Position numbers and translations under genes: made by a program
The notes under the pieces: model-generated
Seen by the model: the letters and a program-made list of their open reading frames with translations, nothing else
Told to the model about the DNA's origin: nothing
The model's database searches: none
Assembly (NCBI RefSeq): GCF_042231735.1
Contig: NZ_CP102577.1
Span: 3,103,281 to 3,167,280, forward strand
DNA: 64,000 bases
Source: Corallococcus exercitus
GTDB lineage: Bacteria > Myxococcota > Myxococcia > Myxococcales > Myxococcaceae
Direction: 5' to 3'
Shown: one piece after another, positions 35,303-45,523 of the stretch
Layout: each line of letters begins with the position of its first letter
Position numbering within the stretch: position 1 is the first letter of the stretch

Positions 35303-36472
35303 ATGAGCGAGACGTCGAAGACGCGGCACGACAGGCCTGGCACCTACTTCATCACCGGCTACCCGGGGTTCATCGGCAAGCGGCTGGTGGAGCACATCGC
35401 GCGGGAGGACCCGAAAGGGCACATCTACGCGCTCGTGCAGCCCAAGGCCTTCAAGGAGGCGCAGGCGCTCGCGGCGAAGGTGCAGGGCGCGCGCGTGGAG
35501 CTGCTCACCGGTGACGCGGTGGACATGCACCTGGGCCTGTCCGGCGAGGAGTACCAGCGCCTGTGCGAACAGGTGACGGACATCTTCCACCTGGCCGCGG
35601 TGTCACAGCTGGGCGTGCCCAAGGAGACCGCGTGGCGGGTGAACGTGGACGGCACGCGCAACCTGCTGGAGCTGGCGCGCGACTGCGAGAACCTCTCCCG
35701 CTTCAACTACTTCTCCACCTGCTACGTGTCCGGCGACCGCGTGGGCGTCATCGCCGAGGACGAGCTGGACCGGGGCCAGTCCTTCCGCAACGCGTACGAG
35801 GAGACGAAGTTCCAGGCGGAGCGGCTGGTGCAGCGCGCGGCGGCCACCCTCCCCGTCACCATCTTCCGGCCCTCCAGCGTGGTGGGCGACTCGCGCACGG
35901 GAGAAATCGACCGCTTCGAGGGCCCCTACTACCTGGGCATCCTGCTCGTCACCTCCCCGCTGGTGGTGCCGCTGCCCCTGCCGGGCAACGGCGTCGCGCC
36001 GCTCAACGTCGTGCCGGTGGACTTCGTGGTGGAGGCCGTGTGGCGGCTGTCGCGTGACGCACGCGCCCAGGGGCGCACCTTCCACCTGGTGGACCCCAAC
36101 CCCATGAGCGCGCGGCGCGTGTACGAGCTCATCGCGGAGAAGGCCCACAAGCGGCTGCCGCGCTTCAACCTGTCCGCGCGCGCCGCGGACGTGATGCTGC
36201 GGCTGCCCGTGCTGGAGAAGCTGGCGCGGCCCCAGCGCGCCGCCATCAGCTACGTGAACCACCTGGCCATCTACAACTGTCACAACACGCTGGAGCTGCT
36301 CGACGGCACCGGCGTGCGCTGCCCGCCGCTGTCGTCGTATCTGGATCAGCTCGTCGCCTACGTGCGTGAGCAATACAAGCAGCGCAAGGAAGGCGCGGAG
36401 GTGGAGGATCCGCTCGACCACGGACCGCTGCCTTCACAAGACGAAGTATCAGCGCCCCGCTCGCGCCGCTGA
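35303..36472 (+). CDS. NAD(P)-binding SDR-superfamily protein, epimerase/dehydratase or thioester/acyl-CoA-reductase-like (NAD_binding_4-type)
   Basis: The N-terminal Rossmann motif is FITGYPGFIGKRLVEHI. It has a YxxxK-type catalytic region (YEETKFQAE). The extended C-terminal domain fits reductase-like members. Confidence 0.75.
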   Translation: MSETSKTRHDRPGTYFITGYPGFIGKRLVEHIAREDPKGHIYALVQPKAFKEAQALAAKVQGARVELLTGDAVDMHLGLSGEEYQRLCEQVTDIFHLAAVSQLGVPKETAWRVNVDGTRNLLELARDCENLSRFNYFSTCYVSGDRVGVIAEDELDRGQSFRNAYEETKFQAERLVQRAAATLPVTIFRPSSVVGDSRTGEIDRFEGPYYLGILLVTSPLVVPLPLPGNGVAPLNVVPVDFVVEAVWRLSRDARAQGRTFHLVDPNPMSARRVYELIAEKAHKRLPRFNLSARAADVMLRLPVLEKLARPQRAAISYVNHLAIYNCHNTLELLDGTGVRCPPLSSYLDQLVAYVREQYKQRKEGAEVEDPLDHGPLPSQDEVSAPRSRR

Positions 36473-37016
36473 GCAGGGTTTGAACCCGGGCGCAAGGTGC
36501 GGCGCGGCGCCCGTCGCGCGCTCGCGCCCGCCCGGCTGCTACGGCTTATTCCAGACTGACAATTGTTACTGGGTTGCTAACGCAAAGTTGCAGGGGCCCC
36601 CTCTTTTCAACGAAACAGTGTCCTGGTTAGCATGCGCTCCCACTGAACCTGGCGCGGTGAACACAACCGTGGCCGGAAGAGTGGGTTGGAGCGCAGCGCT
36701 TGCCGGTGACCGTTGACAGTCGATTCGAGTGGGCCCTCCCGGGTTCGGGTGTGGCGCCACGGCTGTCCGGCCTGTCGAAGCGCTTCTCACCCACGCTGTT
36801 CGTGTTTCACGTCCAGCCATTCCACGCGGGTCCCCGCCTTCGCGTCGTCCATGCGACCTCTGGCGTTGGGAAGCGTTCCCTATCGGGCTGTCGTCCATCC
36901 ACGGCCCACCATCCGTAAGGCGAGGCCCGCCGCCCCCGGCGGTCCTCTCCTCGTGCAGTCGTCGTCTCTCGCAGTCCCCTCGTCCGGAAGTTCATCACCC
37001 CCAAGAAGGAAGGCGC

Positions 37017-40000
37017 ATGCGTCTCAGGGAAAAGCTGTTGACCAGCCTGCTGCTGGTGCCCGTCGCGGGTACCAGTGCGTGGGCCAAGGAGCGGTCGAAC
37101 TTCGACGCGTTCCTGGAGCAGCGGGAGTCCCGCCCGCTGTCCGTGGATTCCGCCGCGGCGGCGTCGCGCGGTCTGCGCATCGAGCAGACCGAGCAGCGGC
37201 TCGGCGTGCCCACGTTCGCGTGGGCGGCCCAGGACGGTGCGCAGTCCAAGTCGGTCATCCGCTCCGGCATGACGGCGGAAGCCGCGGCGCGCGCGCACCT
37301 GAAGACCGTGGCGGACAGCTACCGGCTGACCAGCACGGACGTGGCGGGCGCCACGCTGCGCTCGGTGCATGACACGGGCAAGGGCGCGGTCGTCGCCACG
37401 TTCCACCAGACGGTGAACGGCATCCCGGTCTTCCGCAACGAGGTCAAGGTCATCATGGGCCGCGACCAGCGCCTGGTGGCCGTGAGCGGCTACCTGGCCC
37501 CGTCCGAGCTCACGCAGGTCGCCCGCGCCAAGTCCCGCACCGGCGCCTTCCGCCTGGGTGCCGCGGACGCGGTCTCGTCCGCGTTCAAGGACCTGACGGG
37601 CTCCAGCGCGCCGGCGGCGTCGTTCGTCAACGCCGGCACGAAGGGGGACCACACCTTCTTCTCGCTGAGCCCCTCCGCGAAGGCCGCGCTGCCGCAGGAC
37701 CTGGTCTCCCCCGCTCGCGCCCGCCAGGTGTTCTTCACGATGGCGGACGGGCTGGAGCCCGCCTGGTACGTGGAGGTCAACGCCGGCCCCAAGGCCGCGC
37801 GCTCCAGCGACTACTACGGCTACGTCATCTCCGCGTCCACCGGCCAGGTGCTCTTCCGCAACAACCTGACCGCGGACGTGGCCGCCGAGCCCTTCACGTA
37901 CAAGGTCTACGCGGACGCGGCGGCGCCGTACGTGCCCGAGGACGGTCCCCAGGGCAACGACATGACGCCCCACCCCACGGGCCTCCCGGACGATTCGCAG
38001 GGTCCGCTGGGCCGCGCGGCGAAGGACATCAAGATCACGAACGTGCCGTTCGCCCTCAATGACCCGTGGCTGCCCAACAACGCCACGGTGACCACGGGCA
38101 ACAACGTGGACGCGTACGCGGACCTGGAGCTGCCGGACGGCTACCAGCCTGGCTCCAAGGACATCCGGCCGACGGTCACCTCGGAGCGGACCTTCGGGTA
38201 CGTCTACGACACCTCCCTGGCCCCGGACGCGAACGCCACGCAGGCCAAGGCGGCGGTGGTCAACCTCTTCTACGTCAACAACTTCCTGCACGACTGGTTC
38301 TACGACGCCGGCTTCGACGAGGCCTCGGGCAACGCCCAGTCCGTCAACTACGGCCGTGGCGGCGTGGAGGGAGACCCCATCCACGCGCAGGGCCTGGACA
38401 GCAGCGGCCGCAACAACGCGAACATGAGCACGCCGTCCGACGGTGCTTCGCCGCGCATGCAGATGTTCATCTTCGATGGTACGCCGGAGCTCTCCGTGAA
38501 GTCCCCGGAGGCCATCAAGGGCATCTACGAGGCGGCCTCGGCCAGCTACGGCTCCAAGTACTACGACGTCACGGGGGACATCCAGAATCCCCCGGACACG
38601 AACGCGCTCGGCTGCGACCCGTTCCCCGCGAACTACTTCAAGGGGAAGGTTGCCCTCATCGATCGCGGCTCGTGCAACTTCGTCGTGAAGTCGTACAACG
38701 CCCAGAAGGCGGGCGCGCTCGCCACCATCATTGGCAACAACACTGCTGGCAGCCCCATCCCCCTGGGCGGCAACGGCGTGGACGACGCGTTCATGGAGAC
38801 GCCGTCGCTGATGATCACCCAGCCCGCGGCGGCGGCCTGGCGGGCGCAGCTGGCGAACGGCGCGGTCACCGTGACGCTGCGCAAGTTCGCCAAGGACGAC
38901 CACGACGGCACGCTGGACAACGCGGTCATCGCGCACGAGTGGGGCCACTACATCTCCAACCGCCTCATCGGCAACGCGGCCGGCCTGTCGAACAACCAGG
39001 GCCGCTCCATGGGCGAGGGCTGGGGTGACTTCACCGCCCAGCTGATGCAGGTGCGCGACGAGGATCGCAACAAGGCCGGCAACAACCAGTTCCAGGGCGT
39101 CTACGGTGACGCGGGCTGGGCCAGCAGCAGCAGCAGCAAGCAGGGCTACTACTACGGCCTGCGCCGGCTGCCCTACACGACGGACCTGACCAAGAACGCG
39201 CTGTCGCTGCGGCACATCTCCAACGGCATCGAGCTGCCCGAAAACGCGAACGTGAGCGAATCCGACCTGCTGGGCGCACGCAACAGCGAGGTCCACAACG
39301 CCGGTGAGATCTGGGCCTCCATGCTGTGGGAGTGCTACGTGAGCCTCCTCAACGCCTACCCGTTCCAGGAGGCCCAGGACCGGATGAAGCGCTACCTCGT
39401 CGCCTCGTACAAGGCGACGCCGAACGCGCCCACCTTCCTGGAGGCGCGCGACGCCCTCCTCGCGGTGGCCCAGGCCGGCGATCCGGCCGACTACAGCCGC
39501 TTCGTGGCGGCCTTCGCCAAGCGCGGTGCGGGCTTCGGCGCCAAGGTGCCGGACCGCAACTCGTGGGACCACTTCGGCGTGGTGGAGAGCGCGGTCACGG
39601 GCAACACGATCGAGGTCACCGACGTGCGGCTGGATGACAGCCGGTCCGGCTGCGACAAGGACGGCGTGCTCGACGTGGGCGAGGAGGGCCTGCTGCACCT
39701 GACCGTGCGCAACGTGGGCGGCGGCGCGCTGGGGTCCTTCACGGGCACCCTCAGCTCCACCAGCACCACCGCGACGGTGGCCTTCTCGGGTGGCCAGACG
39801 GCGACCGTGACCGTGCCGGCGCTGGCGCGCGGCGCGGAGGCGAAGCTCACCGTGCCGGTGTCCCTGACGGCCGTGTCCGGAGCGGGTGCCACCGCCGGGC
39901 TGAAGATCGTCTTCGACGAGGCCAGCCTCCCCGAGGCGGCGAAGACGGTGGTGTTCAATCCGCGCGTCAACTACGACGACGTGCCGACGTCCGGCACGAC

Positions 40001-41879
40001 GGAGTACTTCAAGTCCGGCCTGAGCGCGTGGACGGTGTCGGAGAACTTCAACGCGGGCGGTGACTGGAAGGTCATCCAGGAGGATACCGACAGCATCGCG
40101 CACGCTGACGACGCCAACGCCCCGGGTGAGATGACGCTCACGAGCCCCTGGCTGACGCTGAGCGCCACGGAGGGCTTCTCCTTCACCTACTACTTCCGCC
40201 ACTCCTTCGAGACGGACTACACGGCGGCCGCGACTCCGTTCGACGGCGCCACCGTGGAGTACAGCACCAACGGCGTGTCGTGGGCGAACCTGAACACGCT
40301 CACCGCGAAGGTGCCGACCGTCGCGCCGAAGTACCACACGGTCGCCATCTCCACGGGCGGCGGCAACCCCATCGAGGGGCAGCGCGCCTACGCCCGCGCG
40401 TCGGCCGGGTTCCCCGGCTTCAACGTGGAGAAGTTCGACTTCAAGGACTTCTTCCAGAAGCAGGGCATCATGCGCGTCCAGCTGCGCATCCGCGTGGGTT
40501 CTGACGCGGGCCAGGGCGCGTACGGCATCGACATCGCGGAGCCCAAGTTCACGGGCGTGACCCCGGTGTTCTCGTCGCAGGTGGATCAGCCGGCGACCGC
40601 GGGCGAGTGCAACCAGCGTCCGGTGGCGCACGCCGGCGTCCCGCAGGTGGTGCCCGAGTTCACGACCGTGAACGGCCAGGTGCAGCGCACCACGGTGACC
40701 CTCGACGGCACGGGCAGCTTCGACCCGGACGCCGCTTCGGGTGACGCGCTCACGTACCAGTGGACGCAGGTGGGCGGCCAGGCTCCGGTGACGCTGACCG
40801 GCGCCACCACCGCCACGCCGACCTTCGTGACGGACGTCGCCTTCACCCAGTACCTCACCTTCCAGCTGGTGGTGACGGACGCGCAGGGCAAGACGAGCCT
40901 CCCGAAGACGGTCGACATCGGCGTGAACAACATGAACCGCGCGCCGGTCGTCGTCGCCACCGCGACGGAGTCGGTGAACGAGGGCGGGACGGCGGAGCTG
41001 GACGCCTCCGGCTCCACGGATCCGGACGGCCAGGCGCTCACCTACTCCTGGGCGCAGACCGCCGGTGACGTCACGGCGACGCTGACCAACGCCACCGCGG
41101 CCAAGGCCACGTTCACGGCCCCGGAGGTGACGGAGGACACGCAGCTGACCTTCACGGTCACGGTGTCCGACGGCACGGCCTCCACCAAGAAGTCCGTGGC
41201 GGTGACGGTGAAGAACGTCAACCGTCCGCCGGTGGTGGACGCGGGCGCGGATCAGGAAGTGGCGGCCCGTGCGGAGGTGACGCTGTCCGGCACCGCCACG
41301 GACGCCGAGGGTGACGCCATCACCTACGCCTGGACCCAGGTGAGCGGCACGCCGGTGACGCTGTCCGGGGCCGACACGGCCACCGCGAAGTTCACCGCCC
41401 CCAACGTGGTCGCGGACGAGGAGCTGTCGTTCCGCCTCACCGTGACGGCCGGTGGCGAGTCCGCCTCCGACCTGGTCAACGTGAAGGTCAGCGTGGACAA
41501 CCGCGCCCCCACGGTGTCCGGCACCACCAGCACCGCGACCGAGGGCGACAAGGTGAGCATCACCACCAACGCCAAGGATCCGGACGGTGACGCGCTCACC
41601 TACGCGTGGACCCAGACGGGCGGCCCGTCCGTGAGCCTCACGGGCGCCAGCACGGCCAGGCTGGAGTTCACCGCGCCGGACGTGAAGTCCGACACGGACC
41701 TCACCTTCAGCCTCACGGTCACGGACACCCACGGCGCGTCCGCGGGCCCTGCGACCTACACGGTGAAGGTGAAGAACAAGGGCGGCGGCTGCTCGTCCAC
41801 GGGCGGCTCCGCGGGCGGCATGGCGCCGCTGATGGCGCTGTTCGCGGCGATGGCGCTCGCGCGCCGTCGCAAGGCGTAA
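37017..41879 (+). CDS. Secreted M36 (fungalysin-family) zinc metalloprotease with propeptide, PA domain, six PKD-like repeats and C-terminal MYXO-CTERM tail
   Basis: The AAGGAAGG RBS precedes signal peptide MRLREKLLTSLLLVPVAGTSAWA. The PA domain has …GKVALIDRGSCNFVVKSYNAQKAGALATIIGNN…. The active site VIAHEWGHYISNRLIGN … GEGWGDF matches the fungalysin HExxH…EGW signature. There are six ~95-aa repeats with …LDGTGSxDPDGDALTYxWTQ… motifs. The C-terminus GGGCSSTGGSAGGMAPLMALFAAMALARRRKA is MYXO-CTERM-like. Confidence 0.85.
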   Translation: MRLREKLLTSLLLVPVAGTSAWAKERSNFDAFLEQRESRPLSVDSAAAASRGLRIEQTEQRLGVPTFAWAAQDGAQSKSVIRSGMTAEAAARAHLKTVADSYRLTSTDVAGATLRSVHDTGKGAVVATFHQTVNGIPVFRNEVKVIMGRDQRLVAVSGYLAPSELTQVARAKSRTGAFRLGAADAVSSAFKDLTGSSAPAASFVNAGTKGDHTFFSLSPSAKAALPQDLVSPARARQVFFTMADGLEPAWYVEVNAGPKAARSSDYYGYVISASTGQVLFRNNLTADVAAEPFTYKVYADAAAPYVPEDGPQGNDMTPHPTGLPDDSQGPLGRAAKDIKITNVPFALNDPWLPNNATVTTGNNVDAYADLELPDGYQPGSKDIRPTVTSERTFGYVYDTSLAPDANATQAKAAVVNLFYVNNFLHDWFYDAGFDEASGNAQSVNYGRGGVEGDPIHAQGLDSSGRNNANMSTPSDGASPRMQMFIFDGTPELSVKSPEAIKGIYEAASASYGSKYYDVTGDIQNPPDTNALGCDPFPANYFKGKVALIDRGSCNFVVKSYNAQKAGALATIIGNNTAGSPIPLGGNGVDDAFMETPSLMITQPAAAAWRAQLANGAVTVTLRKFAKDDHDGTLDNAVIAHEWGHYISNRLIGNAAGLSNNQGRSMGEGWGDFTAQLMQVRDEDRNKAGNNQFQGVYGDAGWASSSSSKQGYYYGLRRLPYTTDLTKNALSLRHISNGIELPENANVSESDLLGARNSEVHNAGEIWASMLWECYVSLLNAYPFQEAQDRMKRYLVASYKATPNAPTFLEARDALLAVAQAGDPADYSRFVAAFAKRGAGFGAKVPDRNSWDHFGVVESAVTGNTIEVTDVRLDDSRSGCDKDGVLDVGEEGLLHLTVRNVGGGALGSFTGTLSSTSTTATVAFSGGQTATVTVPALARGAEAKLTVPVSLTAVSGAGATAGLKIVFDEASLPEAAKTVVFNPRVNYDDVPTSGTTEYFKSGLSAWTVSENFNAGGDWKVIQEDTDSIAHADDANAPGEMTLTSPWLTLSATEGFSFTYYFRHSFETDYTAAATPFDGATVEYSTNGVSWANLNTLTAKVPTVAPKYHTVAISTGGGNPIEGQRAYARASAGFPGFNVEKFDFKDFFQKQGIMRVQLRIRVGSDAGQGAYGIDIAEPKFTGVTPVFSSQVDQPATAGECNQRPVAHAGVPQVVPEFTTVNGQVQRTTVTLDGTGSFDPDAASGDALTYQWTQVGGQAPVTLTGATTATPTFVTDVAFTQYLTFQLVVTDAQGKTSLPKTVDIGVNNMNRAPVVVATATESVNEGGTAELDASGSTDPDGQALTYSWAQTAGDVTATLTNATAAKATFTAPEVTEDTQLTFTVTVSDGTASTKKSVAVTVKNVNRPPVVDAGADQEVAARAEVTLSGTATDAEGDAITYAWTQVSGTPVTLSGADTATAKFTAPNVVADEELSFRLTVTAGGESASDLVNVKVSVDNRAPTVSGTTSTATEGDKVSITTNAKDPDGDALTYAWTQTGGPSVSLTGASTARLEFTAPDVKSDTDLTFSLTVTDTHGASAGPATYTVKVKNKGGGCSSTGGSAGGMAPLMALFAAMALARRRKA

Positions 41880-41978
41880 GCCGGCGCTTCGTCCTGAAGC
41901 CCTGAAGTGACGGGGGCGGTCCTCACGGCAAGTGGGGGCCGCCCCTTCTTCGTTTCCTGCGGTAGGCTCGCGCGCCTC

Positions 41979-42374
41979 ATGGCACGCACGTTCCAGGTGG
42001 GAGACACCTTCACCCACGTCCGCCAATGCGACCGGCTGCGGCCGGTGTATTACGCGGGCGCTTCCGGGGACTACAACCCCATCCACATCGACCCGGAGGT
42101 GGGACGACAGGCCGGCTTCAACGGCGTCATCCTCCAGGGGCTCTGCACGCTGGGCTGGGCCGTGGAGGCCGTGGCCGTCTTCGTGGGAGACCCGGGCCTG
42201 GTGCGCCGCGTGAAGGTGCGCTTCTCCCGGCCGGTGCTCCCTGAAGACACCGTCACCTTCCAGGGCCGCGTCACCGCCGTCGCGGACGGCCGGCTGACGA
42301 CGGAAGTCACCGCCACCAACCAGCGCGGCGAGCCCGTCCTCCGGGGCGCCGTCGTCGAAACCTCGCTCGGATAG
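41979..42374 (+). CDS. MaoC-like (R)-specific enoyl-CoA hydratase / hot-dog-fold dehydratase subunit
   Basis: YAGASGDYNPIHIDPEVGRQAGFNGVILQGLCTLG is the MaoC_dehydratas signature. Confidence 0.8.
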   Translation: MARTFQVGDTFTHVRQCDRLRPVYYAGASGDYNPIHIDPEVGRQAGFNGVILQGLCTLGWAVEAVAVFVGDPGLVRRVKVRFSRPVLPEDTVTFQGRVTAVADGRLTTEVTATNQRGEPVLRGAVVETSLG

Positions 42375-42376
42375 CC

Positions 42377-42859
42377 ATGGCCCTGGACCCCAAGTTCGTC
42401 GGCCGTGCCTACGGCCCCTTCACCTACGAGATTGGCCGGGAGAAGCTGCGCGAGTTCTCCCTCATCCTCGGCGGCTCCGTGCCCTCCGCGGGCACCTTCG
42501 GCGAGCCCCCGGAGCACGTGAGCCCCCTGCTCTATTCACAGGAGGCGGCGCAGGCCGGGCCCTACGGCGACGTCATCGCCTTCCCCAGCTTCGCGGTGGT
42601 GTTCGCCATCCGCCCCTTCAGCGCCGCCATCGCGGACCCGGAGCTGGGCGTGGACCGCGTGCGGCTGGTGCACGGGGAGCAGGAGCTGGAGTTCCTGGGC
42701 GTGATGCGCCCCGGGGACGTGCTCACCACCACGGGCCAGATTACGGAGCTGTACCGCAAGGCCGGGATGGACTTCCTCGTCGTCACCACGGAGACGCGCA
42801 ACGCGAAGGGCGAGCCGGTGGTGCGCGGCGTCTGGACGGCCGTCATCCGCCCCGCGTGA
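42377..42859 (+). CDS. MaoC-N-terminal-like hot-dog-fold protein (probable partner subunit of adjacent dehydratase)
   Basis: It has the size and composition of a non-catalytic hot-dog subunit. It is 2 nt downstream of the MaoC gene, which suggests a heterodimeric dehydratase. Confidence 0.65.
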   Translation: MALDPKFVGRAYGPFTYEIGREKLREFSLILGGSVPSAGTFGEPPEHVSPLLYSQEAAQAGPYGDVIAFPSFAVVFAIRPFSAAIADPELGVDRVRLVHGEQELEFLGVMRPGDVLTTTGQITELYRKAGMDFLVVTTETRNAKGEPVVRGVWTAVIRPA

Positions 42860-42877
42860 CACGAAGCAGCGCGGCGC

Positions 42878-43654
42878 CTACTCGCCGGGGGCGATGATGC
42901 CCTCGTCGAGCAGCTGCGCGAGGATGCGCGCGGTGTCCAGGCGCGACATGCCCGACAGCGCGAAGAGGTCGTCGAAGCTCACCGCGCCGTCAATCTGGGC
43001 GAGCACGAAGCCCGCGCGGTGGTCCAGGTTGAGCCAGATGATGTCGTCCGGCTGCAACCGCACGCGCGGCATGCGGTTCAGGTCCCCCAGCCGGGCCTCC
43101 AGCATGGACACCAGGATGCGCTCGCTGCGGTCCCGCAGCGCCTCCACGCGCGGGTTCTCCGGCGCCAGCGACTGCGCCCGGCGCAAGAGCTCCACCGCGC
43201 CGGAGTGATCATCCAGCGCCAGCAGGTCCTCCGCGCCCCGCAGCAGGCTCTCCACCTCCGAGCCCTCCGGCAGCCCGCCCGCCGGGGTGAAGGTGTCCGG
43301 CAGCCCGTACTCCTGCGTGCGGTGCGCCTCCGCGATGAGGTCCAGCGCGTCGCCGCGCATCCCCGTGCCCTCGGGCAGGTTCACGGACTCGCGCAAGGGG
43401 GCCTCCACGGGGCCCGGCGTGGAGGGACCGGCCCAGGCGCCCCAGTCCACCTCCTGGTCGGGGTTCGCCAGGTTCCACGCGGTGTCGCCGCCCTGCTCCC
43501 CCGGGCCGTCCCGCCCCAGCAGCCGGCGCGCGCGCGCGTTGCCGGGGTCCAGCTCCAGGGCCCTCGCGAACAGCTTCTCCGCGCCGGCCATGTCGCCACT
43601 CAGTCGCAACAGCAACCCGGCTTCGACCAGCGCCTTGGCCCGGAGCGCGTTCAT
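42878..43654 (-). CDS. TPR-containing hypothetical protein; C-terminal ~50 aa homologous to the N-terminus of the J-domain protein at 45524-46843
   Basis: The N-terminal TPR-like helices are AKALVEAGLLLRLSGDMAGAEKLFARALELDPGNARA. The C-terminal LAQIDGAVSFDDLFALSGMSRLDTARILAQLLDEGII resembles LALVGRVERIDAVLSRSSLGEARTIAVLLSLRAKGAIV in the J-protein. Its start is 4 nt downstream of the Hsp70 stop. Confidence 0.6.
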   Translation of the reverse strand: MNALRAKALVEAGLLLRLSGDMAGAEKLFARALELDPGNARARRLLGRDGPGEQGGDTAWNLANPDQEVDWGAWAGPSTPGPVEAPLRESVNLPEGTGMRGDALDLIAEAHRTQEYGLPDTFTPAGGLPEGSEVESLLRGAEDLLALDDHSGAVELLRRAQSLAPENPRVEALRDRSERILVSMLEARLGDLNRMPRVRLQPDDIIWLNLDHRAGFVLAQIDGAVSFDDLFALSGMSRLDTARILAQLLDEGIIAPGE

Positions 43655-43657
43655 GGG

Positions 43658-45505
43658 CTACCTCCCCGGCGTTCCGCGCGGTCCCGCCGAGCGCAACAGC
43701 GGCAGGCTCTGGGCCAGGGCCTCGCAGGCCCGCGTGAGCGCGCCCACGTCCTCCGCGCCGCGCGCCTGGCGCGCATGGTCCAGGGCCGCTTCCGCGCGGG
43801 CGACGACGTCCGGTGACAGGCCTCCGGCCCCGGGCATGAGCCGCACGCGGGAGAGCGCGTCCACCAGGTCCCGGGCCAGGGTGTCCAGCTCCACGCGCTT
43901 GGACTTCAGTTCCTCCGTGTTGCGCGCCGCCACCAGCCAGTCGCGCTGCTCCTCCATGATGCGGCGCAGCTCTTCCTCGGTGAGGCCGCTGGAGGCGGTG
44001 ACGGTGATGGACTGGCGCAGGCCCGTGTCGCGGTCGCGCGCGGACACCGACACGATGCCCTCCGCGTTGATGTCGAACGTCACCTCGATTTCCACCTGTC
44101 CGCGCGGCGCCTCGCGCAGGCCGGTGAGGAGGAACTCGCCCAGGAGCTCGTTGTGGTGGGCCAGCTCGTGCTCGCCCTGGAGCACCATGATCTTCACCGT
44201 GCGCTGGAAGTCCTTGGAGGTGGCGAACACCTCCGTGGCGGACGTGGGCACGGTGGTGTTGCGCGGAATCAGCCTGCGCACGTAGCCGCCCGCGATGGCC
44301 ACGCCCATGCTCTGCGGCGTGACGTCCAAAAGGAGCAGCTCGCTCTCCTGCCCCACCAGCGCGTGCGCCTGGATGGCGGCGCCCAGGGCGACGACCTCCT
44401 CGGCGTGCACGCCCTTGCAGGGCTCGCGGCGGAAGTACTGGCGCACCTGTTCGATGATGCGGGGCATGCGCGACATGCCCCCCACGAGGATGACCTCCTT
44501 CAGCTCCGAGGGGCGCACCTTCGCCTCGCCCAGGACCTCCGAGGTGATGCCCACCAGGCGCTCGCCCAGGTCCGCGGTGAGCTCCTCCAGCTTCTCGCGG
44601 GTGAGCGTGGACTGCAGGTGCAGCGCGGCGCCTCCGCCCGGCGGCGTGCAGATGAAGGGCAGGTGCACCTGCGTCTCCTTCACCGACGACAGCTCCACCT
44701 TCGCCTTCTCCGCGGCGTCCTTCAGCCGCTGCAGCGCCATGCGGTCCTTGCGCAGGTCGATGCCGTGCTCCTTGGCGAAGCTGAACACCATCCACTCGAT
44801 GATGCGGTGGTCCCAGTCCTCGCCGCCGAGGAAGGTGTCCCCGCCGGTGGCCACCACGTCGAAGATGCCGTTGTTGATCTCCAGCACCGACACGTCGAAG
44901 GTGCCGCCGCCCAGGTCCAGCACGGCGATCTTCCCGTTCACCGTGCGCCCGAAGCCGTAGGCCAGCGCCGCCGCGGTGGGCTCGTTGATGATGCGAAGCA
45001 CCTCCAGCCCCGCGATGCGGCCCGCGTCCTTGGTGGCCTGGCGCTGCCCGTCGTTGAAGTAGGCCGGCACGGTGATGACGGCCTGGGTGACGGGCCGGCC
45101 GAAGTGCGCCTCCGCGTCCGCCTTCAGCTCCGCCAGGATCATGGCGCTGACCTCCGGCACGGCGAGGTCGCGGCCCGCCAGCCGGATGCGCACGTCGTCG
45201 TGCTGGCCGCACACCACCTGGTACGTGAGCGCGCGCATCGCGTCCTGGACCGGGTGCGAGGAGAACTTGCGGCCGATGAGGCGCTTCGCCGCGGACACCG
45301 TCTCCTGCGGGTTGGTGATGGCCTGCCGCTTGGCGATGCCGCCCACCAGCCGCTTGCCGTTCTTCGACACCGCCACCACGGACGGGGTGAGGGGCTGGCC
45401 GGTGCGGTTCTTGATGATGATGGGCTGACCGTCCTGCACCGTGGCGACGAGGCTGTTCGTCGTCCCCAGGTCGATGCCGATCAGCGGTTCGGGCTCAGCA
45501 GCCAT
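43658..45505 (-). CDS. Hsp70-family chaperone (DnaK paralog)
   Basis: [10 protein letters not shown]...; DLGGGTFD...; [11 protein letters not shown]... are the canonical Hsp70 ATPase motifs. The substrate-binding domain is present but the C-terminal lid is divergent or short (615 aa). Confidence 0.9.
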   Translation of the reverse strand: MAAEPEPLIGIDLGTTNSLVATVQDGQPIIIKNRTGQPLTPSVVAVSKNGKRLVGGIAKRQAITNPQETVSAAKRLIGRKFSSHPVQDAMRALTYQVVCGQHDDVRIRLAGRDLAVPEVSAMILAELKADAEAHFGRPVTQAVITVPAYFNDGQRQATKDAGRIAGLEVLRIINEPTAAALAYGFGRTVNGKIAVLDLGGGTFDVSVLEINNGIFDVVATGGDTFLGGEDWDHRIIEWMVFSFAKEHGIDLRKDRMALQRLKDAAEKAKVELSSVKETQVHLPFICTPPGGGAALHLQSTLTREKLEELTADLGERLVGITSEVLGEAKVRPSELKEVILVGGMSRMPRIIEQVRQYFRREPCKGVHAEEVVALGAAIQAHALVGQESELLLLDVTPQSMGVAIAGGYVRRLIPRNTTVPTSATEVFATSKDFQRTVKIMVLQGEHELAHHNELLGEFLLTGLREAPRGQVEIEVTFDINAEGIVSVSARDRDTGLRQSITVTASSGLTEEELRRIMEEQRDWLVAARNTEELKSKRVELDTLARDLVDALSRVRLMPGAGGLSPDVVARAEAALDHARQARGAEDVGALTRACEALAQSLPLLRSAGPRGTPGR

Positions 45506-45523
45506 GGGGACGCGTGCACCTCA

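Noticed and set aside
36473-37016. Sigma-54 promoter (TGGCAC-N5-TTGC) in the long leader of the M36 protease gene
   Set aside because: Candidate fragments (TGGGTTGCTAACGCAAAGTTGCA) do not satisfy the −24/−12 spacing. No convincing match.
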